Shown: positions 1-6,918 of the stretch, one piece after another
How the letters are laid out: the number at the start of each line of letters is the position of its first letter
How positions within the stretch are numbered: position 1 is the first letter of the stretch
Notes under the pieces: generated by a model
Databases searched by the model: none
Told to the model about the DNA's origin: nothing
The model's input: only the letters and a program-made list of their open reading frames with translations
Virus record (IMG/VR): IMGVR_UViG_3300030419_007436
Coordinates: 96,001 to 160,000 of that record
DNA from: a virus
Reading direction: 5' to 3' (one strand)
Length of the DNA: 64,000 nucleotides
Made by a program: the position numbers and the translations under genes

Positions 1-21
1 TTGAAGGGATTGTGCTTGCAT
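1..21 (-). CDS. 5' end of a gene running off the left edge (MQAQSLQ...)
   Basis: ATG at 21-19 with AGGAG SD, just downstream of promoter at 48-76. Confidence 0.5.
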
Positions 22-47
22 CTTTTCTCCTTTGACTTTCTATACAT

Positions 48-76
48 ATTATCTCATAGAAAGTGCTTATTGTCAA
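48..76 (-). promoter_or_regulatory. Early sigma70-type promoter P1
   Basis: TTGACA-17bp-GATAAT with TG extension, followed by TATAGAAA. Confidence 0.85.
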
Positions 77-127
77 GCATTAATTGAGTAAAAAGAGAAA
101 AATTATTTCGATTCGCGTTTTCCGCTT

Positions 128-289
128 TTAGGAGGCCGCGCCGATGACCTGCAAGTCGTCCACGTGCTCTGAGAAAATAACATTGTCTGCCCACAACACT
201 TTGACCCACTTCTTGCCTTTCTTTTCTTTTATTATCCCTGAGAGACTCTTTTCGTCTTCACAGTATTTTACTAAATCGCCAATGTTCAT
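128..289 (-). CDS. Small KOW/SH3-like family protein (53 aa, MNIGDLVKYC...LQVIGAAS); not in ORF track
   Basis: Translated by hand; shares the xxGDLV N-terminus and LxVI C-terminus with the family. Confidence 0.75.
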   Translation of the reverse strand: MNIGDLVKYCEDEKSLSGIIKEKKGKKWVKVLWADNVIFSEHVDDLQVIGAAS

Positions 290-322
290 GCAGGCGATTA
301 TACATTATATCAAATTGTTTTT

Positions 323-520
323 TTAGCCCTTCGAGACTGTTTTGACGTAATCCCGGTGCATCCATTGGCTTCCTCTTCCCATCCACATCACTTGAATGGT
401 GTACAACCTTTTATCTTGCGTAGACACATCAACAACAATTCCTGTTCTCTGCTTGAATTTCTGGCACCATTGAATTCTCTTTCCTTTGCTGGATAGCTCG
501 ACTAAATCTCCTACTTTCAT
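323..520 (-). CDS. Small KOW/SH3-like family protein (65 aa, MKVGDLVELS...)
   Basis: Start re-assigned to ATG at 520 (ATGA overlap with upstream stop, AGGT SD). Confidence 0.8.
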   Translation of the reverse strand: MKVGDLVELSSKGKRIQWCQKFKQRTGIVVDVSTQDKRLYTIQVMWMGRGSQWMHRDYVKTVSKG

Positions 521-723
521 TTTATTACCTTCAACCAGCGCATCAACGAGCCATCGCACAACGATGAGACAGACTCACCAACAAACTGAACCGCAAAGTT
601 ATTGATTATTTTTCCATCCTCGCGTTTCAGAGGCTTTGGACCTAGATATATCGCAATCCTGTTGTTGATGTCTCGCGTGTGACCATTAACGTAATCGAAT
701 TTTACTAAATCGCCTATTTTCAT
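517..723 (-). CDS. Small KOW/SH3-like family protein (68 aa, MKIGDLVKFD...WLKVIK)
   Basis: Start re-assigned to ATG at 723; ATGA overlap with the upstream gene. Confidence 0.8.
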   Translation of the reverse strand: MKIGDLVKFDYVNGHTRDINNRIAIYLGPKPLKREDGKIINNFAVQFVGESVSSLCDGSLMRWLKVIK

Positions 724-1022
724 TCTTCTGCCTTTATATACGGAATTCCAGCAGGTAGCTCGCCAGAGACAATACCGCCGTGTTTGGCGCAGATTAGCGA
801 AACTCTCGATGCTGGTACATAACCATACACCGTATTGAGAGGCGCATTTTCGTTTTCTGCCCAAGGCATCAATATTGGCTCATATTGGTTTGGATAGCCT
901 ACCTCTACTTCTTCGTATCGGTCTGCGTCGTCAACTCGCGGTTGGCAGTATGCGGTGGCATTTGCCTGCACACTCATTATGAACCCATCTTTGCAGACAA
1001 TCTTTTCGTTATGTTTTTTCAT
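720..1022 (-). CDS. Hypothetical phage early protein (100 aa)
   Basis: ORF coupled by ATGA overlaps on both sides. Confidence 0.75.
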   Translation of the reverse strand: MKKHNEKIVCKDGFIMSVQANATAYCQPRVDDADRYEEVEVGYPNQYEPILMPWAENENAPLNTVYGYVPASRVSLICAKHGGIVSGELPAGIPYIKAEE

Positions 1023-1183
1023 ACTGTACTGATCACCCTTACATCTTCATGACTAAGATATGTTGCGTAGTCGGGCGCGTCAGTCCATCGCACTTGCACA
1101 CAGCCATCAGTAGCCCAAACAACTAAGCCACAAGATTTGCGCCATGTAGGGCCGGTCAAAACGACTAAATCACCTACTTGCAT
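1019..1183 (-). CDS. KOW/SH3-like cassette protein (54 aa, MQVGDLVVLTGPTW...VRVISTV); not in ORF track
   Basis: Hand translation; begins in junction repeat, GGAGG SD. Confidence 0.85.
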   Translation of the reverse strand: MQVGDLVVLTGPTWRKSCGLVVWATDGCVQVRWTDAPDYATYLSHEDVRVISTV

Positions 1184-1193
1184 TAATTACCTC
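1164..1193 (-). repeat. Dual-coded cassette junction J1
   Basis: GAGGTAATTAATGCAAGTAGGTGATTTAGT. Confidence 0.9.
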
Positions 1194-1367
1194 CAGCCAC
1201 GCATGACGAAACCAATATTCTTCACATGATCCCGCTGTACGTACCCAATATTGAATTGTGATACCTCGCGAATCTTCCCGCTCTTGCAGCCTAGTGATCA
1301 CTCCAATGCTACCAATTGGTGTTCGCAATTCTTTTCTTATAACTTTTACTAAATCACCGACTTGCAT
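1170..1367 (-). CDS. KOW/SH3-like cassette protein (65 aa, MQVGDLVKVIRK...LEVINASR)
   Basis: Junction repeat at both ends; 14-nt overlap with the next gene. Confidence 0.85.
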   Translation of the reverse strand: MQVGDLVKVIRKELRTPIGSIGVITRLQEREDSRGITIQYWVRTAGSCEEYWFRHAWLEVINASR

Positions 1368-1377
1368 TGATTACCTC
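1348..1377 (-). repeat. Dual-coded cassette junction J2
   Basis: GAGGTAATCAATGCAAGTCGGTGATTTAGT (consensus). Confidence 0.9.
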
Positions 1378-1518
1378 TACTTTTGTTCGCCATGAGGCGG
1401 CAACAACACCGCTGCGATTGTCTCTGACTATTGGGTCATTATCTTCATCAAACCCAACGACAATACCTGTGCCCACTTTTTTGTGGTAAGAATATTTTAC
1501 TAAATCGCCTACTTTCAC
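1354..1518 (-). CDS. KOW/SH3-like cassette protein (54 aa, MKVGDLVKYSYH...VEVINASR); not in ORF track
   Basis: Hand translation; GTG start in junction J3. Confidence 0.85.
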   Translation of the reverse strand: MKVGDLVKYSYHKKVGTGIVVGFDEDNDPIVRDNRSGVVAASWRTKVEVINASR

Positions 1519-1528
1519 TGATTACCTC
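1499..1528 (-). repeat. Cassette junction J3 (variant; upstream gene stops in a different frame)
   Basis: GAGGTAATCAGTGAAAGTAGGCGATTTAGT. Confidence 0.8.
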
Positions 1529-1725
1529 ACGACTAGTTTGAGCCACTCATAGCCCTCATATCCTCGCCACCAAGTGTTTTTGTCGCGTCCCATAAGTTGG
1601 AATACACCGCCGCCACCACGTCTGTCGTGGTCATTGCGTAGTACACGATATATGCCGTCATCATAGGCCAGAAATTGTCCTGCTCGAATGTCCTCGCCGT
1701 GCTTTTTGATGATTTTAACTTTCAA
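1522..1725 (-). CDS. Hypothetical small beta-rich protein (67 aa)
   Basis: TTG start downstream of promoter P2; ends WLKLVVR inside junction J3. Confidence 0.7.
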   Translation of the reverse strand: MKVKIIKKHGEDIRAGQFLAYDDGIYRVLRNDHDRRGGGGVFQLMGRDKNTWWRGYEGYEWLKLVVR

Positions 1726-1758
1726 GACTAGTTCCCTTTTTCGACTGTTTCTATATAC

Positions 1759-1787
1759 ATTATCTCACACAGAAGGCGTCTTGTCAA
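1759..1787 (-). promoter_or_regulatory. Early promoter P2
   Basis: TTGACA-17-GATAAT, TG extension, upstream A-tract. Confidence 0.85.
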
Positions 1788-1995
1788 GTGTTTTTTTCAC
1801 TTTTACGTGTTTTAACTCTCTTCTGTTGATATAATACGGGCGGGAATTTGGGAAAAACCAGTGTACCTTCAAGAGAGCAATGTGAGTGCCATGGCGACAG
1901 TCGATGACCAAACCTTTTTTACCTTCGAGGCCCTTAAAATGACCACCATGCTTCAAGCCATAAGCTGAAAGCTCAACTAAATCACCTACTTGCAC
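1765..1995 (-). CDS. KOW/SH3-like cassette protein (76 aa, MQVGDLVELSAY...)
   Basis: GTG start in junction J4; C-terminus reads through the -35 box of P2. Confidence 0.8.
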   Translation of the reverse strand: MQVGDLVELSAYGLKHGGHFKGLEGKKGLVIDCRHGTHIALLKVHWFFPNSRPYYINRRELKHVKVKKTLDKTPSV

Positions 1996-2005
1996 TGACT
2001 ACCTC
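1976..2005 (-). repeat. Dual-coded cassette junction J4
   Basis: GAGGTAGTCAGTGCAAGTAGGTGATTTAGT. Confidence 0.9.
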
Positions 2006-2158
2006 CAACGCTGTCTTGTATACAAAGAAGGGGTGTTCCTTTCCGTTGACATACACGACGAAAGTCGCGGGACGCCTTTCTTCAGTAATTACGCCCGTCT
2101 TGCCTGCGTACTGTGGATAATCTTCTTTATCGAAGAGCACCAAATCACCGACTTGCAT
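1982..2158 (-). CDS. KOW/SH3-like cassette protein (58 aa, MQVGDLVLFDKE...LEVVSASR)
   Basis: Start re-assigned to ATG 2158 in junction J5. Confidence 0.85.
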   Translation of the reverse strand: MQVGDLVLFDKEDYPQYAGKTGVITEERRPATFVVYVNGKEHPFFVYKTALEVVSASR

Positions 2159-2168
2159 TGATGACCTC
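2139..2168 (-). repeat. Dual-coded cassette junction J5
   Basis: GAGGTCATCAATGCAAGTCGGTGATTTGGT. Confidence 0.9.
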
Positions 2169-2330
2169 CAATTGGTGTTCGCGAAAGTCCACATATGTAT
2201 TTCGGGGCCAATCGCCACCCATAAGCACCTTGTAAAGCACCGTCCATCGCCTAGAATAATCTGCGTGTGTGATGATGCCCGTAGGCTTTCCATCGACAAT
2301 TAATACTTTTACCAAATCACCTACTTGCAC
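2145..2330 (-). CDS. KOW/SH3-like cassette protein (61 aa, MQVGDLVKVLIVDGKPTG...LEVINASR)
   Basis: 44/61 aa identical to 4217-4402 (manual count). Confidence 0.85.
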   Translation of the reverse strand: MQVGDLVKVLIVDGKPTGIITHADYSRRWTVLYKVLMGGDWPRNTYVDFREHQLEVINASR

Positions 2331-2340
2331 GTGCTTTTAC
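2311..2340 (-). repeat. Dual-coded cassette junction J6 (divergent 5' half)
   Basis: GTAAAAGCACGTGCAAGTAGGTGATTTGGT. Confidence 0.75.
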
Positions 2341-2550
2341 CACCTTGAAAGTCCTCCGAAGATTATGAATATTTGACCGTGAGTAACCGTAATCGCTGTA
2401 GTCAGGCGGTGTGCCGTTGCTCCATCTGACGAAAACTTTAGCGTGATTATATTCGTTGTATGTCAACTTATAAACAACACCAGTATATTTTTTGTTGTCT
2501 GAGTTTTGAACCAACAAGTCGCCTACCTCTGCCCATCGAGACTTATCCAT
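2317..2550 (-). CDS. Divergent family member (77 aa, MDKSRWAEVGDLLV...VVKARASR)
   Basis: EVGDLLV motif; C-terminus in junction J6; ATG overlaps upstream stop. Confidence 0.75.
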   Translation of the reverse strand: MDKSRWAEVGDLLVQNSDNKKYTGVVYKLTYNEYNHAKVFVRWSNGTPPDYSDYGYSRSNIHNLRRTFKVVKARASR

Positions 2551-2707
2551 TGGTACACAAACCCTCTTCAATCAAGGTACTAGCAACACGACCATAATGC
2601 CCTTGAAGGCTCCATGCCAATCCACTGTTAATCAACTCCTGAAAGAATTGGATTGTCTCGGCCTCATCCATTTGGCCAGTCTCGTAACGAATAATCTTGT
2701 CAACCAT
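2543..2707 (-). CDS. Small helical phage protein (54 aa, MVDKIIRYETG...WSLQGHYGR)
   Basis: GGAG SD before ATG 2707; first gene after P3. Confidence 0.75.
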   Translation of the reverse strand: MVDKIIRYETGQMDEAETIQFFQELINSGLAWSLQGHYGRVASTLIEEGLCTNG

Positions 2708-2738
2708 GCTGTTCTCCGAATCGTTTGTTGGTGTCATT

Positions 2739-2767
2739 ATTATACCACGTGGGATTCAACCTGTCAA
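2739..2767 (-). promoter_or_regulatory. Early promoter P3 (perfect consensus)
   Basis: TTGACA-17-TATAAT with TGn extension. Confidence 0.9.
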
Positions 2768-3241
2768 GCCTTTTGTGATAAAAACTGACCATGTTGGGTA
2801 AGTGTTCGCCGCGCCAGAAGAAAAGAATTCATCCAGCTTACATTCACGCAAAGCACCATTCTTCAAATTGAGAAAGATAAACCTAAACTTATCTTTCAGC
2901 ACTTCTGCGTTGTGCTTCTCTGCGCCTGTCAAGGTGAATCCCAGTCCAGACCAATTCTCCTCGACAGGCGACTTCCTTTCCCTACCGGCAGTTTTCAGTT
3001 CAAAAAGTGTAATGTTTTCGACTGCTTCTGCCAATTGGTCTGGATTATCAATTGTCTTTGCGTCAGATTCTTTAATCAAGTCAAAGCCTTTCGCTCGTAT
3101 TTCTTTTCCTACTTGTGCGTAGGCTTCGACAAGATTCTTTCTTTGTTGTGGTGTTGGGCGAACAAAGCCGTGTGTACGCATTGTTGTCCATGAGTCAGCC
3201 TCGTTTTGTTTTCCCGTGTTGTAGCTTTTGGCGTTGTTCAT
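2756..3241 (-). CDS. PD-(D/E)xK nuclease-like protein, DUF3883/NO VEIN-like (161 aa)
   Basis: GFDL...ELKT...FTLTGAE...FRFIFLN pattern; start re-assigned to ATG 3241 (TAATG overlap). Confidence 0.6.
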   Translation of the reverse strand: MNNAKSYNTGKQNEADSWTTMRTHGFVRPTPQQRKNLVEAYAQVGKEIRAKGFDLIKESDAKTIDNPDQLAEAVENITLFELKTAGRERKSPVEENWSGLGFTLTGAEKHNAEVLKDKFRFIFLNLKNGALRECKLDEFFSSGAANTYPTWSVFITKGLTG

Positions 3242-3732
3242 TATACTGCACTCGCTAGAATCTTGTCCGAATGCCATTTGATTGTGCCGGGGCGACAAGT
3301 GATTGTCTGAATCTTGTTGTTGACAAACACAGTCAACTCGTTTCGGCCAACTGCTGTCACAATGGCATGCTTCTTGTTGACAGTGATTAGACTACCAACA
3401 GGCGGCAAACCATCTTCTGTGATTAAGCCGGGGTCTTGAATCCTGAGAAACGGACGCTTCTGATTCGGAGCATAAAGTACACCATTCTTCTCATCCAGCA
3501 CAAGTTTTGTGTCCTTCGGCTTTCCATTCAAAGAAGAATATTGTTTACCCTCAACAGTCCATTGCTTACCTTTCTTGGTGGCCTTTTCGACTTTGAAAAC
3601 GATTGTGCGATACTTTGGATAAGTGCGATAGGTTTGAAGTTCGCCGTTTGCATCCATAGCTGCCTCTTCACGAGCCTTGCTCCGACCCATTCCAAAACAC
3701 CACTTCTTCATTAGAATATCATTTGCTTGCAT
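3241..3732 (-). CDS. Hypothetical protein (163 aa) with C-terminal KOW-like segment
   Basis: GGAG SD; PPVGSLITV...AIVTAVG. Confidence 0.7.
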   Translation of the reverse strand: MQANDILMKKWCFGMGRSKAREEAAMDANGELQTYRTYPKYRTIVFKVEKATKKGKQWTVEGKQYSSLNGKPKDTKLVLDEKNGVLYAPNQKRPFLRIQDPGLITEDGLPPVGSLITVNKKHAIVTAVGRNELTVFVNNKIQTITCRPGTIKWHSDKILASAV

Positions 3733-3741
3733 GGTACTCTC

Positions 3742-3918
3742 CTATGACGTGGGCTTAAGGCATGCTTCAACGAAACGCTGCTTGTTGAAACGAGGATTGG
3801 TTTCAGATAGTTTCTGTGCGAAGCTAACCGCAAGTTCTTGAATAACGCAGCGGTTCATCGGAGATGTGCTGCTGGCTTTGAGTACGTCTGCAATAAGTTG
3901 AAAATCTTTACGAGTCAT
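3742..3918 (-). CDS. Small phage protein (58 aa, MTRKDFQLIADVL...NPRFNKQRFVEAC); not in ORF track
   Basis: Hand translation; AAGGA SD; first gene after P4. Confidence 0.8.
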   Translation of the reverse strand: MTRKDFQLIADVLKASSTSPMNRCVIQELAVSFAQKLSETNPRFNKQRFVEACLKPTS

Positions 3919-3949
3919 TTTGAATCCTTTTTTAATTTGTTATGTATGT

Positions 3950-3978
3950 ATTATCTCATGAATTGCGGTGTTTGTCAA
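3950..3978 (-). promoter_or_regulatory. Early promoter P4
   Basis: TTGACA-17-GATAAT, TG extension, A-tract. Confidence 0.85.
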
Positions 3979-3986
3979 GAAGTTTT

Positions 3987-4079
3987 TTACTTTTTTTTAT
4001 CTTTCAACAGTTCTGCTATCACAAAAAGGGCAGTCCAAACAAACAAAACTAACACTGTGATTTTATTGAGTCTGTCCAC
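3987..4079 (-). CDS. 30-aa single-pass membrane peptide (MDRLNKITVLVLFVWTALFVIAELLKDKKK)
   Basis: GTG start whose GGAGG SD is the L-E-V codons of the upstream cassette. Confidence 0.6.
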   Translation of the reverse strand: MDRLNKITVLVLFVWTALFVIAELLKDKKK

Positions 4080-4230
4080 CAATAACCTCCAAATACTCCG
4101 CACTGAGCCATATTGGTTCAGCATCACCAACCAGTAAGACTTGGGCATTGAAGTGGCCACCTCGCGTGACCAAGCCATACCTGCAAGTATCATGTCTGGT
4201 GGTATATTTTACCAAATCACCGGGCTGCAC
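4063..4230 (-). CDS. KOW/SH3-like cassette protein (55 aa, MQPGDLVKYTT...LEVIGGQTQ); not in ORF track
   Basis: Hand translation; GTG start in junction J7. Confidence 0.85.
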   Translation of the reverse strand: MQPGDLVKYTTRHDTCRYGLVTRGGHFNAQVLLVGDAEPIWLSAEYLEVIGGQTQ

Positions 4231-4240
4231 TGATTAGCTC
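4211..4240 (-). repeat. Dual-coded cassette junction J7
   Basis: GAGCTAATCAGTGCAGCCCGGTGATTTGGT. Confidence 0.85.
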
Positions 4241-4402
4241 CAATTGGTGCTCTCGAAAGAAGACCTCTGCATCCCAGCCATAACCTCTGCCCATAAGAAC
4301 TTCGTAAATCACAGTCCATCGTCGAGAATGGTCTACTTTTGTGATGATGCCTGTAGGCTTTCCATCAACAATTAATACTTTTACTAAATCACCGACTTGC
4401 AC
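4217..4402 (-). CDS. KOW/SH3-like cassette protein (61 aa), close paralog of 2145-2330
   Basis: First 21 aa identical; ends LELISAAR in J7. Confidence 0.85.
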   Translation of the reverse strand: MQVGDLVKVLIVDGKPTGIITKVDHSRRWTVIYEVLMGRGYGWDAEVFFREHQLELISAAR

Positions 4403-4412
4403 TTATCACCTT
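4383..4412 (-). repeat. Dual-coded cassette junction J8
   Basis: AAGGTGATAAGTGCAAGTCGGTGATTTAGT. Confidence 0.85.
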
Positions 4413-4556
4413 CAAATGTTTCTTTGCAAACAGTTCAACTTTGTTAGTGCCCAGCCATATCACTTCTGCGCTAATAGGAGTATACCAGCCAACAATAATT
4501 GCTGTCGGGCGTTGACCTTCTCCATATGTCCTCTCGACCAGATCACCGACTTGCAT
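4389..4556 (-). CDS. KOW/SH3-like cassette protein (55 aa, MQVGDLVERTYG...LKVISASR)
   Basis: Start re-assigned to ATG 4556. Confidence 0.85.
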   Translation of the reverse strand: MQVGDLVERTYGEGQRPTAIIVGWYTPISAEVIWLGTNKVELFAKKHLKVISASR

Positions 4557-4557
4557 C

Positions 4558-4941
4558 TTAATAACAAAGGCTCCTTTCCATGTGAATGTCGCCGTAGTGC
4601 AATTCTCCCCTGCTGTCGCAGTCGTCATACTCTTCACCTAGGCGGACAAAGCGCACATGATTGCCCTGCCACTCATTTTCTGGAAGTTCAAACCCTTCAA
4701 TCCCATCACCTTCAGCCTCTTGAATAAATTCATTGATAGCTTGAATCTCTGGATAGCTATCGTACCATTTTATACCTCCCCAAGTAACGAGCAACGTACC
4801 TTCATTGTTATAGTTCTGGTCAAGATGGTCATGATGTTTGAAAATTAATGAGCGTGTCTCTGGCTCTTTCGCCAAGACAGCAAGAAAATGTGGCATGATT
4901 TGTTTACTGATTGCTAACACTACTTCTGAACGATAACCCAT
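4558..4941 (-). CDS. Hypothetical phage protein (127 aa, MGYRSEV...)
   Basis: GGAG SD; long ORF in operon. Confidence 0.8.
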   Translation of the reverse strand: MGYRSEVVLAISKQIMPHFLAVLAKEPETRSLIFKHHDHLDQNYNNEGTLLVTWGGIKWYDSYPEIQAINEFIQEAEGDGIEGFELPENEWQGNHVRFVRLGEEYDDCDSRGELHYGDIHMERSLCY

Positions 4942-5087
4942 TTATTTTCTCCGTTGTTTGTGGGCTAATAAGATTGTTTTCTACACGTGCTGGGGGCGAG
5001 GTCAGCTTCTAGTCCTTCAACTGTGCGTTGTTGGCACGCCCTATGTTCACAATTTCATCTTCATGCTCCTCGACTGTTTCTATAGGT

Positions 5088-5116
5088 ATTATCTCAAATA
5101 TTGGGAGGTTTGTCAA
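5088..5116 (-). promoter_or_regulatory. Early promoter P5
   Basis: TTGACA-17-GATAAT; shares TATAGAAACAGTCGA with P2. Confidence 0.85.
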
Positions 5117-5117
5117 G

Positions 5118-5279
5118 CTATTTCTTTGCTTTTTTTGCTTTTTTTGCTTTTTTTCGCCGTGGTTTTCCCCATGCGCTGATGGCTACATAATCTGGGCCAC
5201 GCTCATCTTTGGGAAGCAGCGTAACGCCATTTTCCTTAATAAAATCATTGATTTGTAGCAATTCTTCTTCTCTCGTCAT
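5118..5279 (-). CDS. Small protein with basic KKAKKAKKAKK tail (53 aa)
   Basis: Start at ATG 5279 (TAATG overlap, AGGAG SD). Confidence 0.7.
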   Translation of the reverse strand: MTREEELLQINDFIKENGVTLLPKDERGPDYVAISAWGKPRRKKAKKAKKAKK

Positions 5280-5365
5280 TATTTTCTCCTTTTTATCGAC
5301 GATTCCTCGTTCCACACAAACAACACCAATCCCACGACTGGTATCAGTAGACCGAATAATTCCAT
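5279..5365 (-). CDS. 28-aa membrane peptide (MELFGLLIPVVGLVLFVWNEESSIKRRK)
   Basis: TAATG coupling on both sides; hydrophobic stretch. Confidence 0.6.
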   Translation of the reverse strand: MELFGLLIPVVGLVLFVWNEESSIKRRK

Positions 5366-5622
5366 TAATCTTTTTTCTCGCACGCCATGCAGTGGCAACC
5401 GGGATTGGGACAGTTTTCTTTCATGCTGTCGCGCAACTCTGCTGACCACTCGAATGAATCTTTGAAGTCGTCCCATGTTTCGTCAAAGATGTCCGGTGCA
5501 TGCCGATAATCATCGACAAACTGGGTGATGACGTATTCTTCCAAGTCCTCGCGACTCCAACCGCTAAGAATTTTAGATGCTAGTTCATATCTATTATTAT
5601 CATTGTTGTCAGGATATGCCAT
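5365..5622 (-). CDS. Acidic small protein with Cys/His-rich C-terminus (85 aa)
   Basis: 21 D/E vs 9 K/R; CPNPGCHCMAC. Confidence 0.7.
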   Translation of the reverse strand: MAYPDNNDNNRYELASKILSGWSREDLEEYVITQFVDDYRHAPDIFDETWDDFKDSFEWSAELRDSMKENCPNPGCHCMACEKKD

Positions 5623-6836
5623 TAGTCTGTCCCCTCAATAGCCAAGACTCGTTCATTAGTTTTGAACCACGGGTGCCGTGCATAATATGCTGTAGTCATC
5701 CACATCCGTTGACACTTAGATGCTTTTGGCTTTGGTGCCATCATGTCAGTCAAGACAATATGCCCATCGAACCCATGCTTGTTCACATATGCAGTAGGAG
5801 CATCAAAGCAAGTTCCACCAGAGAGCACTCGCTCCCATTTTTTGTTCTCGCCTTTCTTCCAGTCGTAGACCTTATCTTCAAACACCTCTGTGTCGAACGG
5901 TACCACGGTAAACGAGGCCAGTTTAGCAAGTTTATTCAACTCGCCAAAGAACGCTGCAAGCATGCTATCGCTCACCGAACCTGATTGGTCAATGCTGATA
6001 GCAATGCGAGCCTGACGTGTTACTTTTTTGCCAGAGTGAATGTAGGCGTAGCGTTTGTTCAGTCGTTTGACCGTGCTGCGCTTAGATGCGCGCCGTGAGG
6101 TTTTGACGAAGTAGCGCAGAACCTTTTTCCAATCTACTTTGGTGGACAGCTTTTCAATAATTTCACGCTTCACCGATGCACTGACGCTGCCCCATCCACT
6201 TCCTTGTTGCGCTTCTTTCGCTGCCTCTTTGATATGCTCTTTGACGCGCTCTTTCGCAATCTCGCTGGTCGTGGTGTCTGTCTCACCCCACTCCTGATGG
6301 CTGTCTAAGCCATTGTCTTCTGGCAGCTTATTGTCATCACCCTCTTCGCCGCCGCCTTGACTCTCGCCGCCTTTGTCTTTTTGTTTTTCTTCTTCTCGCT
6401 TTTGTTTAATAAGCCTCAAATATGCTTCGGCAGACAGGCCCGACTCAAACTCAGCGAACGGACCTTTACCGGGAACACATGCGCTTTCAGGCAACCCACT
6501 GATGTGACTGTTGATTGAAAGGTCTGCCGCAATGTTCCAATCACGAGTCATGGCACCGTCAGGAAGACGGCTTGTCACGTGCTCGAAAATCAAGTGATAA
6601 AACTCGTGGATAAGAACAGCCTTGCGCTCTGCGTCAGTGAGTCCCTCAAAGAAATTGGGGTTATAGAACAACTCGTAGCGAGCCGTATCAGGATTAACAC
6701 GCACACCAGCAGTGGGTACGGCAGTGCTTACGCATTTTGTAATACGACGCGAAAGGGATGCAAAGAACGGCTCATCCATGAGTAGGCGAGCCGTGTGCAT
6801 GTTCAAATCAAAACTTTTGTTTTTCGTGTTTTCCAT
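5622..6836 (-). CDS. VWA-domain protein with N-terminal HExxH metallopeptidase-like domain (DUF2201-type)
   Basis: HEFYH motif, acidic linker, DQSGS MIDAS, GGT...DG motifs. Confidence 0.9.
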   Translation of the reverse strand: MENTKNKSFDLNMHTARLLMDEPFFASLSRRITKCVSTAVPTAGVRVNPDTARYELFYNPNFFEGLTDAERKAVLIHEFYHLIFEHVTSRLPDGAMTRDWNIAADLSINSHISGLPESACVPGKGPFAEFESGLSAEAYLRLIKQKREEEKQKDKGGESQGGGEEGDDNKLPEDNGLDSHQEWGETDTTTSEIAKERVKEHIKEAAKEAQQGSGWGSVSASVKREIIEKLSTKVDWKKVLRYFVKTSRRASKRSTVKRLNKRYAYIHSGKKVTRQARIAISIDQSGSVSDSMLAAFFGELNKLAKLASFTVVPFDTEVFEDKVYDWKKGENKKWERVLSGGTCFDAPTAYVNKHGFDGHIVLTDMMAPKPKASKCQRMWMTTAYYARHPWFKTNERVLAIEGTD

Positions 6837-6842
6837 GCTATA

Positions 6843-6871
6843 ATTATCTCACACGTGAACGAATTTGTCAA
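6843..6871 (-). promoter_or_regulatory. Early promoter P6 (probably leaderless)
   Basis: TTGACA-17-GATAAT, then 6 nt to ATG, no SD. Confidence 0.85.
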
Positions 6872-6872
6872 G

Positions 6873-6910
6873 AAAAAAGTGAAGCTCCACCCATTTTTTT
6901 TGGGTGGAGC
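6873..6910 (-). terminator. Intrinsic terminator after AAA ATPase
   Basis: GCTCCACCCA/TGGGTGGAGC 10-bp stem plus T-tract on minus strand. Confidence 0.8.
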
Positions 6911-6918
6911 GTGTTTTA

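Noticed and set aside
2145-4402. Diversity-generating retroelement (TR/VR pair)
   Set aside because: Codon-by-codon comparison shows ordinary synonymous changes at all four bases, not adenine-specific ones, and there is no reverse transcriptase in the window.
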